Source: an uncultured Prevotellaceae bacterium (GTDB taxonomy: Bacteria > Bacteroidota > Bacteroidia > Bacteroidales > Bacteroidaceae). From it: a DNA stretch of 64,000 nt. Below, piece by piece: positions 28,949 to 36,598 of the stretch; the stretch's first letter is position 1, and every line of letters starts with the position of its first letter. The translations under genes and the position numbers were made by a program. Under the pieces are notes generated by a model that saw only the letters and a program-made list of their open reading frames with translations, did not search any database and was not told where the DNA came from. The DNA is taken from the NCBI GenBank assembly GCA_947168045.1, contig CAMVKN010000003.1:29071-93070 (forward strand). The letters are read 5' to 3'.

Positions 28949-29137
28949 ATTGCTTGTATCTTTAATTTTACCCCGTATGAGGTATTGCAGTTTTCAAGAA
29001 AACTTTGTACCTTTGTACTGGATTTCGGAAGCAAAATTAAAGACTTTCTTTGAATTACCGAGCGATATTCGCTAAAAATTTCAAGAATTAACAGATTTTA
29101 TCTTGTATTTAATATTTCGTAACTAAAATAAACCGCT
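28949..29137. promoter_or_regulatory. Divergent lysis-lysogeny control region
   Basis: 189-bp AT-rich gap between the divergent early operon and the repressor. Contains direct CTTTGTAC CTTTGTAC and the inverted repeat AGCGAtatTCGCT (29061-29073). Confidence 0.5.
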
Positions 29138-29749
29138 ATGACTGGAGCAGAAGCAAAGAAAATTTTGATGGCCGACGGACAAAATTTGTCGGCCCTTGCC
29201 GAAAAAATCGGCCTAACCCCACAGGCATTCGGCAGCCGTCTGAACGCACGCGAATTTAAGCGTAGTTATCAGATAGAAATTAACCAAGTTCTCGGTAGGG
29301 AACTTTTTGACGTCGGATTTGAGACAGACAACAAACAGCCCATCCTCGACATCAGGGTATGCGCTGGCAATGGCATTGGCCTCGAAGGTGAAGAGAACAA
29401 GGTGCTGGAGTACGTCACCATCCCAGCCCTCACAGGGTGCGTTGGCCTCACGGTCTACGGAGAAAGTATGTACCCACTCTATAAACCAGGCGACACTATC
29501 TTTGTTAGGCTTGTCACCGACAAACAGGATATTGACTACGGGCGCACCTACCTCGTCATTACGAGATCTGACCGCTTACTGAAAATGCTCTATGAATCAA
29601 AGAAGGGAAATGACCACCTTCGGCTCTGCTCATACAACGTGGAACAGAAGCCAGACGGTGAAAGGCTCTACCCGGATCGAGACATCCCTATCGATAACGT
29701 GCTCTTCATCTACAAAGTAGTCGGCAGCTTACAACGTGACCAAATTTGA
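29138..29749 (+). CDS. CI/LexA-type repressor with S24 peptidase domain
   Basis: N-terminal HTH (LSALAEKIGLTPQAFGSRL). C-terminal S24 core VYGESMYPLYKPGDTIFV with a downstream Lys. Confidence 0.8.
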   Translation: MTGAEAKKILMADGQNLSALAEKIGLTPQAFGSRLNAREFKRSYQIEINQVLGRELFDVGFETDNKQPILDIRVCAGNGIGLEGEENKVLEYVTIPALTGCVGLTVYGESMYPLYKPGDTIFVRLVTDKQDIDYGRTYLVITRSDRLLKMLYESKKGNDHLRLCSYNVEQKPDGERLYPDRDIPIDNVLFIYKVVGSLQRDQI

Positions 29750-29759
29750 CACACAGACC

Positions 29760-30158
29760 ATGAGAAAGATAATTGTTTTTCTGTTACTGGTAATCTCAAC
29801 CAGTAGCTTTGCGCAAACAGAACGCCCAGCATATTGTGATGTGATGGCTTATAACTTCTGGGGTGCTGGAAAAGTTCGTGTTACCATAGACCTTGGAGCA
29901 GAACGCAATGGCACCATCTTGACAGAAGATAGAAAAGCAATGAAATTCAATTCTATCATTGACGTTCTGAACTATATGAGCAAACTTGGCTGGCGTGTGA
30001 AAGATAGCTATTATATTTCGGACGAAGTCAGCAAGCAGAAGGTGCTGCACTATCTTCTGGAAAAGATGATAACATCTGACGAGCAGATCGTAGAAGGAAT
30101 ATCCGTGGGGAAACCTGAGAAATGGAAACCTGGGCAGAATGGGGATGATATGTACTAA
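29760..30158 (+). CDS. Secreted/lipoprotein-like moron downstream of repressor
   Basis: Signal peptide MRKIIVFLLLVISTSSFAQ. Expressed from the lysogeny side of the switch. Confidence 0.5.
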   Translation: MRKIIVFLLLVISTSSFAQTERPAYCDVMAYNFWGAGKVRVTIDLGAERNGTILTEDRKAMKFNSIIDVLNYMSKLGWRVKDSYYISDEVSKQKVLHYLLEKMITSDEQIVEGISVGKPEKWKPGQNGDDMY

Positions 30159-30163
30159 TGCGT

Positions 30164-30318
30164 TTCAAGTCCAAAAAATGGCCCTGAAAGTGCCTTCAAG
30201 TCCAAAAAACGGACTTGAAAATTATCTTCAAGACCAAAATTTGCACCTGAAGATTTTCTTCAAGTCCAAAAATTGACCCTGAATAATTTTCAAGTCCAAA
30301 AATTGCACCTGAAACGAT
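30164..30318 (+). repeat. Five tandem ~31-bp units, each an imperfect palindrome TTCAAGTCC-N7-GGACTTGAA
   Basis: Unit starts are at 30164, 30195, 30227, 30259 and 30289. Unit 2 has perfect 9-bp arms. Confidence 0.9.
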
Positions 30319-30543
30319 TCGCGCACGCACATGCATACACACACAGGTTATTATTATATATATTCATTAAACTATATATACTGAAAAAGAAAGAGGATAG
30401 AGAAAGAAAAAACGAGACCTACGTAAACGCCGCCTACGCTTCGATATTTTGCCCGCCTAACAACTATCCAACGACCCAATTTGAACGCCGTATCACGAAA
30501 AAACGAATAAAATAACTATCCCATAAATTCACAACTTATTGAT

Positions 30544-31053
30544 ATGCAGAAAGAAATATACTTTGCTGGCGGTTGCTTCTGGGGCACAGAGCACTACTTC
30601 AAGCAGATAGAAGGCGTGACGATGACGGAAGTTGGGTTTGCCAACGGACACACTGAGAACCCGACCTACAAAGAGGTATATACCGACACGACGGGCTATG
30701 CAGAAACGGTGCTGGTGAGGTACCGGCCTGAAGTGGTCAGCCTTGAGTTCCTGCTACACATGTTTTTCATGGCCATCGACCCGACAAGTCTCAACAAGCA
30801 AGGCCACGATGAAGGCACACGCTATCGCACCGGCGTCTACTACACCGCACCCGAGGACCTGCCCATCATTGAAAAGGTCTTTGCCGAGGAGCAGGAGAAA
30901 TACGCCACGCCACTGGCTGTAGAAAAGCTCCCCCTGAAGAATTTCTACACAGCAGAGGAATACCATCAGGACTATCTTGACAAGAACCCAGACGGCTACT
31001 GCCATCTGCCCCAGTCTCTGTTCGCCTTTGCAAAGCAAGCCAGGGAACACTGA
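30544..31053 (+). CDS. msrA: Peptide-methionine (S)-S-oxide reductase
   Basis: GGCFWGTEHYF active-site motif, plus conserved GHTENPTYKEV and YHQDYL. Confidence 0.9.
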   Translation: MQKEIYFAGGCFWGTEHYFKQIEGVTMTEVGFANGHTENPTYKEVYTDTTGYAETVLVRYRPEVVSLEFLLHMFFMAIDPTSLNKQGHDEGTRYRTGVYYTAPEDLPIIEKVFAEEQEKYATPLAVEKLPLKNFYTAEEYHQDYLDKNPDGYCHLPQSLFAFAKQAREH

Positions 31054-31127
31054 TAAGCCAAAGACCGGAAAGCACCGCTGCACCTGTCGGAAAGGCTTCA
31101 AGTAGACGAAACACTAACATAACGAAT

Positions 31128-32213
31128 ATGGCTACTAAGAATATTTTTGCCGGAATTGGGATTAAGACCACGTTTGTGAAAATCCTATACAATGAGTTGA
31201 TGAAGCGGGAGTTTGTGACCCTTGCTGATATCATGTGTATCAAGCGTAACCTTCCGAAAGGGTTCTATGACAACAATCCTAAAATGACACTGTCGAGAGA
31301 GGCATACTACGGCGACCTGAAGAAGGCTTCCTCCGACATGGTTAAAGCATTGGAACAAGCCATTCCTGGATGTATTGAGAATAATGGCAAGACAGGCAAG
31401 GGCAAGGCATTCAAATATATTGGTGAAAACGATGATCCGCTGGCGGCAGAACGTCATGCCATTGAACAAAAACGGTTAGAAGACTATGTCGCTTTCTGTA
31501 AGGCGTCAGCAGGTATCTTGCCGTCCAGTTGGTTCTCGTCCTATTTTGAGAACACCCAGCTACTGCTTGACACCAATCGTGAATCTGAAAGTGGAGCCAG
31601 CCATATCCGTTCCAGTCTGGAACAGAATCTCACTAATATTGACCTTTTGCCTGTATTCAACAAGGCTATTACGGACAGACAAGTTTTGTCATTCTCTTAT
31701 CAACCATTTGGACAGGAATTGTTTAATCTGACGTTCCATCCTCAGTTCCTAAAAGAATATAATGGCCGTTGGTTCGTCTTTGGCGAAGCAAATCGCGAGC
31801 CTTATCAAGCCTACAATGTGCCGCTGGACAGAATCGTTGGTGAGGTCAGTCCTATTGAGGGCATCGAATACATCCCTGCTGCAAAAGGCTTCTATCAACA
31901 CTATTTCCAGAACATTATCGGTGTCACCCATGAGAAAGGCGCCAAAGTAGAACAGGTGATTATTCGAACCAAGTCGGAATACCAGCATGGACTGCTAATG
32001 ACTAAGCCACTGCATCATTCCCAAAAGGAGATGTTGCCTTATAGCGAGCATGATGGGCAGTGGTACGGTGAGGTGATACTGGCTATTGAGCCTAACCGTG
32101 AACTACGGGGAAAGATATTGATGTATGGAGAGAATCTTGAGGTGATTGAGCCACAGTCATTGAGAGAGCAGATAAAAGAGGTCCTTACGAAGCAGATGGA
32201 CCAATACGGGTAA
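31128..32213 (+). CDS. WYL-domain transcriptional regulator
   Basis: Central FSYQPFG...FHPQFLKEYNGRWFVFG WYL core. C-terminal WCX-like end LEVIEPQSLREQI. Confidence 0.7.
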   Translation: MATKNIFAGIGIKTTFVKILYNELMKREFVTLADIMCIKRNLPKGFYDNNPKMTLSREAYYGDLKKASSDMVKALEQAIPGCIENNGKTGKGKAFKYIGENDDPLAAERHAIEQKRLEDYVAFCKASAGILPSSWFSSYFENTQLLLDTNRESESGASHIRSSLEQNLTNIDLLPVFNKAITDRQVLSFSYQPFGQELFNLTFHPQFLKEYNGRWFVFGEANREPYQAYNVPLDRIVGEVSPIEGIEYIPAAKGFYQHYFQNIIGVTHEKGAKVEQVIIRTKSEYQHGLLMTKPLHHSQKEMLPYSEHDGQWYGEVILAIEPNRELRGKILMYGENLEVIEPQSLREQIKEVLTKQMDQYG

Positions 32214-32232
32214 TAATGACCATAGACACATG

Positions 32233-32259
32233 AATGGTTCCAAACAGATTGGAACCATT
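32233..32259. promoter_or_regulatory. Perfect 11-bp inverted repeat (operator or terminator candidate)
   Basis: AATGGTTCCAA-acaga-TTGGAACCATT. It lies 20 nt after the WYL stop and 16 nt upstream of the -33 box. Confidence 0.5.
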
Positions 32260-32274
32260 TATGGAGCAGAAATG

Positions 32275-32306
32275 TTTGGGGCAATCATAAATCGGTTGTA
32301 TCTTTG
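32275..32306 (+). promoter_or_regulatory. Bacteroidota-type promoter for TPR/helicase operon
   Basis: TTTG (32275-32278), 20-nt spacer, TATCTTTG (32299-32306). It sits 42 nt upstream of the ATG. Confidence 0.55.
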
Positions 32307-32347
32307 CACAGAAATAAAACATAGCACTTGTTACTATATCAACGCCA

Positions 32348-33772
32348 ATGGATATCAACTCGAAGGAACACATTCATGCACTCTCTCCAGACATAGCAAA
32401 GGCATACAAACTGGGGAAAGAGCAGAAATACGATGAAGCGTATCAAGTCCTTGTGCCACATTTTGAAGCCAAGGAGATTCCTACATATTTCGAGGAGCCC
32501 TGCGGATGGGCTATCTATCGCTATTTGAAGAAAAACGAGAATAGGTTATCTTCAATAGAAGTCAGGAAAGCACTGGCCTTCTATCTGGCTTTTGCGTCTT
32601 GCAAGCCCAGTACTCTGCACTCATGTATAATGATTCAAGCTGCAAACTTGGAGAAAAAGCATGAGGATGACTTTCGGTTCATCGAATTCTGCAGGATGTG
32701 GAAATTAGAAAGCCTACAGGAAGAAGACTTTCTTACGGATAAGATAACCACTGACAGTGGCAAGTCGATTGAATTTCAGTCTTTGGCTGAAAATGTCGCC
32801 ACCCGTCTTTATAAAGAACTCAAGAAACGTCATACAGAAGAATTCGTCAATGAACTCTTCCCATTCTTCGAGACCATTAAGAAGAAATGCCCTAACAACA
32901 GATTCATTGGCATGTATATTGCCCAGCTGTATTACTGGCAAGGCAATGCAGACAGGGCTATTACTGAATACAAGAAGCTTCTCCGCACGACACCAGAGTG
33001 GTTTATCTGGAAGCATCTTGGTGACATCTGCGAGGATAAAGGAATCCGGATTTCATTGTATTGCAAAGCAATGACCTTGATGGGGAAGGAGGAATACATT
33101 GGTGAGCTACGATTAAACTTGGCAAAACTTCTGTTAGACTCCAACAAGGAACAGGCTGCTTACGAGATTGAGCAGTACAAGAAGACATACAGAGACAATG
33201 GCTGGAAGATAGGCGGTGATGTCTATTTGCTACAGAACAAGTTGTTAGGTATCACCCCTTCTGCTCAGGCAAAACTGTTCTATCAGAATAATATTGAGAA
33301 GGCAGAAGAATTTGCCTATAACGATATTCCTGTTGAGGAGTTAACTTATAGTGGTATTGTAACCAACCGTGTGGGGAAAGAAAAGGCAAGCCTTATAAAC
33401 AAACAAAAGAACATCTTTGTTCGTACAGCACTCACTCCATTACTGAGAACGGCAGCTATTGGTGATATTTTCCAGGTAAGAGTGTATGAGCATCAAAATC
33501 GGAAAATTGCTTTAACCATACACCCTACTGGGAGAAGGAACATTCTGCATACTGACAAAAACCCACAAAACAAACTTGAAGATTCAGAGACATGTACCAT
33601 AAGCGGCAAGATAACCTTCCCCTCTCAGGGAGAGTTCTGCTTTATTGACCATCAGTATTTTGTACCAGAAAAGCTAACCAAGGCCAACCATTTAAAGGAA
33701 GGTGACACTGTCAAGGCTAAAGCCAAGAAAATGTCAGACGGCAGGTGGCGGGTTGTATCAATCATAAAATGA
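32348..33772 (+). CDS. TPR-like helical repeat protein with C-terminal CSD/S1-like OB fold
   Basis: Helical-repeat middle region (AQLYYWQGNADRAITEYKKLL etc.). C-terminal GKITFPSQGEFCFIDHQYFVP...EGDTVKAKAKKMSDGRWRVVSI resembles cold-shock/S1 OB folds. Confidence 0.5.
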   Translation: MDINSKEHIHALSPDIAKAYKLGKEQKYDEAYQVLVPHFEAKEIPTYFEEPCGWAIYRYLKKNENRLSSIEVRKALAFYLAFASCKPSTLHSCIMIQAANLEKKHEDDFRFIEFCRMWKLESLQEEDFLTDKITTDSGKSIEFQSLAENVATRLYKELKKRHTEEFVNELFPFFETIKKKCPNNRFIGMYIAQLYYWQGNADRAITEYKKLLRTTPEWFIWKHLGDICEDKGIRISLYCKAMTLMGKEEYIGELRLNLAKLLLDSNKEQAAYEIEQYKKTYRDNGWKIGGDVYLLQNKLLGITPSAQAKLFYQNNIEKAEEFAYNDIPVEELTYSGIVTNRVGKEKASLINKQKNIFVRTALTPLLRTAAIGDIFQVRVYEHQNRKIALTIHPTGRRNILHTDKNPQNKLEDSETCTISGKITFPSQGEFCFIDHQYFVPEKLTKANHLKEGDTVKAKAKKMSDGRWRVVSIIK

Positions 33773-35817
33773 CAGGTAGTATGACATTGACAAAACAGCA
33801 GCAGCAGGTATTTGACGCTATTAAAGAGTTTATGGATAGCGATGCATCAGTCTTTATCCTTAAAGGGTATGCCGGTACGGGTAAGACGACGATGGTTAAG
33901 GTCATTGCCGACTATCTGTCTCAGGGCCGTGATGTTCATTTGATGGCACCAACGGGCAGGGCTGCACGAGTCCTTGCCGAAAAAACAGGTCGGCCAGCCG
34001 TAACTATTCACAAGGCTATTTACGAAAAGGCGTGTGTAGTTTCCAAGAATGTCAAGGATGTAGCTGAGTCTGAATTCAAGTTCGTATTCCCTGTACGCAA
34101 AAATGAACATGGTGGTAAGGTCGTTGCAATAGTAGACGAGGCATCCATGGTTTGCTCTCGAAAAATAGAGCATGAGTTATTCGTGTTTGGAACAGATAAT
34201 CTGATGGAAGACCTGTTGGATTTTATTCGCCCAGATTTTGGAGGAAAGGTCATCTTCGTTGGTGATCCTGCTCAGCTCCCTCCTGTCGGTGAACCTGAAT
34301 CCCAAGCATTGAGAAAGGAGTTTTTTATTGAGCGTGGCTTAAAGGTCGTCGAAGCAGAACTGACTGAGGTTCTTCGTCAAAAGGATGACAGTATCATCCT
34401 GAAGAACGCCATGATGATTCGCGACTTATTGAAACAAGAAAAGCGTAATTGTCTTGTGTTTGAAGAGAAGGAGAATGATGTGGAGACCGTTTCTCCTGAT
34501 AAATTCCTTGACAAGTATCTTGACTATAGGAGGAAGTCAGGCAGGCATGACAGCGTCGTGATATGCTATTCTAACAGAGCTGCGAGCATATATAATAGCG
34601 ATATACGGAAATCTCTATATGGCGATAATGTGTCGCTCAGAGTGAACGATATACTGCTCATTACTCAGAACAACTACAGATTAGGGCGCATGAATGGCGA
34701 GTTCGTTCCTGTTCTTGAAGTCGGAGCAAGAACACAACAGTCTGCTCCTGTATATGCTCAAGTTGGCAGCGAGCGGAAACGTATCACCGTAACCATCAAC
34801 TTTGTTCAGGTGGTTGTGCCCGACGGGGAGGGTAATCCCATGCGTTGTATGCTTATAGAAGACCTTCTGACAAGTGACAAAGCATCCATCTCTATTGATG
34901 AGAATCGTGCTCTATACATTAATTTCTGCATGCGCAATCCTCACTTGAAGCAAGGAACTCAGGCCTTTGTCGATGCGCTGATGAATGACGTATATTATAA
35001 TGCTGTCAGGGCGAAATACGGTTATGCGGTAACAGGACACAAGTGCCAAGGTGGAGAATGGGGCAAAGTGTTTGTTGATTATACTGACAGAACAGGTCTG
35101 AATGATGACTCTCTGAGGTGGGCATATACTGCAACGACTCGTGCGCAGAAGACCCTCTACGTCACCAACCTGCCGCATGTGACCCCGTTTGACAAGTTCC
35201 GTATCGAACCTATCCAAAAATGCAAGAACATGTCGTCGGAGTGTCGTATAATCGGTGATGTAGAGCCAACTCCTTTTCATGACGAGAATAGTGAAAACTA
35301 TCTAAGAGCAAAGTATCACTGCATCATGTACAACATGGATGGCACCCCATACTCCATCCTGTCTGTCACAAGCAAGCCATACATGGAGATTTATCAGATT
35401 CAGACACCCATCGGGACTGACAGGTTCGATATACATTACAAGGCTGGAGGTATATTCTTGCCTGCTGTACCTATATCGAGGAACGAGCATACACAGTTGG
35501 TGTTGATGCTTCTCAACAACGAAAGAATGTTACCGTACGTTTTCAATTACACGCCATCGGACGATATCCTTGAGCGGCTTTATAACATGATACGTTCCGC
35601 ATGCGACGGTTTGTCAGTCCAGATTACCAATGTGGTAGAACATCCTGAAGATTACAGTGTGGTCTATTATATGAGGACAAGTGATACCTACTCATATATC
35701 AAGGTATATATTGACAAAAAAGGGTTTGTCACTTACGCAAAACCCATGTCCATGCTTGGTCCAGACGATGATGAATTGACAGCTGTCATCAAGGAAATCA
35801 GCGACCATTTCATATAA
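33769..35817 (+). CDS. SF1B RecD/Pif1-like helicase with duplicated C-terminal alpha/beta domain
   Basis: Motifs LKGYAGTGKTTMV, AIVDEASM, VIFVGDPAQLPPVG, AVTGHKCQGGEW and YTATTRAQKTLYV. ATGA overlap with the upstream stop. About 200 aa of uncharacterised tail looks like two ~80-aa repeats. Confidence 0.8.
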   Translation: MTGSMTLTKQQQQVFDAIKEFMDSDASVFILKGYAGTGKTTMVKVIADYLSQGRDVHLMAPTGRAARVLAEKTGRPAVTIHKAIYEKACVVSKNVKDVAESEFKFVFPVRKNEHGGKVVAIVDEASMVCSRKIEHELFVFGTDNLMEDLLDFIRPDFGGKVIFVGDPAQLPPVGEPESQALRKEFFIERGLKVVEAELTEVLRQKDDSIILKNAMMIRDLLKQEKRNCLVFEEKENDVETVSPDKFLDKYLDYRRKSGRHDSVVICYSNRAASIYNSDIRKSLYGDNVSLRVNDILLITQNNYRLGRMNGEFVPVLEVGARTQQSAPVYAQVGSERKRITVTINFVQVVVPDGEGNPMRCMLIEDLLTSDKASISIDENRALYINFCMRNPHLKQGTQAFVDALMNDVYYNAVRAKYGYAVTGHKCQGGEWGKVFVDYTDRTGLNDDSLRWAYTATTRAQKTLYVTNLPHVTPFDKFRIEPIQKCKNMSSECRIIGDVEPTPFHDENSENYLRAKYHCIMYNMDGTPYSILSVTSKPYMEIYQIQTPIGTDRFDIHYKAGGIFLPAVPISRNEHTQLVLMLLNNERMLPYVFNYTPSDDILERLYNMIRSACDGLSVQITNVVEHPEDYSVVYYMRTSDTYSYIKVYIDKKGFVTYAKPMSMLGPDDDELTAVIKEISDHFI

Positions 35818-35830
35818 AATGAAGTAAACA

Positions 35831-35862
35831 TTTGTTGGAGTCAAAGATAATTTGTATTTTTG
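35831..35862 (+). promoter_or_regulatory. Bacteroidota-type promoter for cas operon
   Basis: TTTG (35831-35834), 20-nt spacer, TATTTTTG (35855-35862). Confidence 0.45.
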
Positions 35863-35910
35863 CCGCAATATTTGCCTCAAAGAATAAAACCAAAACTAAA
35901 AACGACCAAA

Positions 35911-36585
35911 ATGAAATATATACGAACACTTACAGTATTAACCGATGCGGAAATTCACCAGAATGAAATACCACTTTTCCGCGGAGCAGTATTGGCAAGC
36001 TTAGGAGAAAAGGCCAACCTGCTCTATCATAATCATACATCTGATACCACTTTCCGCTATGCCTATCCGTTAGTGCAGTATAAGCGCATTCATAGCAAGG
36101 CCGCTATTATATGTGTTGAAAAAGCAGTGGATTTGATAGGGCAGTATTTGACAACATTTAATGCCATCTTGCGTCTTGGCGAGCGTGAAACCGAATGTAG
36201 GATAGAGACTATTAACTTAAATGAAACGCTCGTAGGCATCAGCGATACGCTCTTCAACTATCGTATTTGCCGATGGCTACCACTGAATTCGAATAACTAT
36301 CAAACCTTCAAGTGTACAGAAGGCCTGGTAGAGCGTATCTCTATGTGCGAGAACATCCTTAAAGCTAACTTATTATCAATGTTGAAGGGGCTGGACATCT
36401 TTTTGGATGATAAGCTGATAATCAAGATGACCCGTCTCAGCGATTCTTACATTATATATAATAAAGGTATAGGTATGACAGCATTTGATGCCGAGTTTAT
36501 GTGCAATCTCACTATCCCCAACCACATCGGAGTTGGCAAAAACGCCAGTATTGGGTGTGGTGTCGTTTCAAGAATAACGAACTAA
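35911..36585 (+). CDS. cas6: Cas6-family crRNA endoribonuclease
   Basis: 224 aa. FRGAVLASLG...YAYPLVQYKR N-terminal motifs. C-terminal RAMP glycine-rich loop HIGVGKNASIGCGVV. First gene of the cas operon. Confidence 0.6.
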   Translation: MKYIRTLTVLTDAEIHQNEIPLFRGAVLASLGEKANLLYHNHTSDTTFRYAYPLVQYKRIHSKAAIICVEKAVDLIGQYLTTFNAILRLGERETECRIETINLNETLVGISDTLFNYRICRWLPLNSNNYQTFKCTEGLVERISMCENILKANLLSMLKGLDIFLDDKLIIKMTRLSDSYIIYNKGIGMTAFDAEFMCNLTIPNHIGVGKNASIGCGVVSRITN

Positions 36586-36598
36586 AACTGCAATAATC

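Larger units (their letters stand above)
1..30160. mobile_element. Integrated temperate tailed phage (prophage); left part continues beyond window edge
   Basis: Contiguous minus-strand block of capsid/protease, tape measure, terminase and replication/recombination genes, ending in a divergent S24 CI-type repressor. Right boundary is placed at the repeat array before msrA. No integrase or att duplication seen in the window. Confidence 0.8.

Noticed and set aside
30164-30318. TTCAAGTCC in the tandem units resembles a tRNA T-loop, which suggested repeated tRNA 3'-end (att) fragments.
   Set aside because: No complementary T-stem or acceptor strand flanks any copy. The partner of TTCAAGTCC is the downstream GGACTTGAA, so the units are palindromes and not tRNA pieces.
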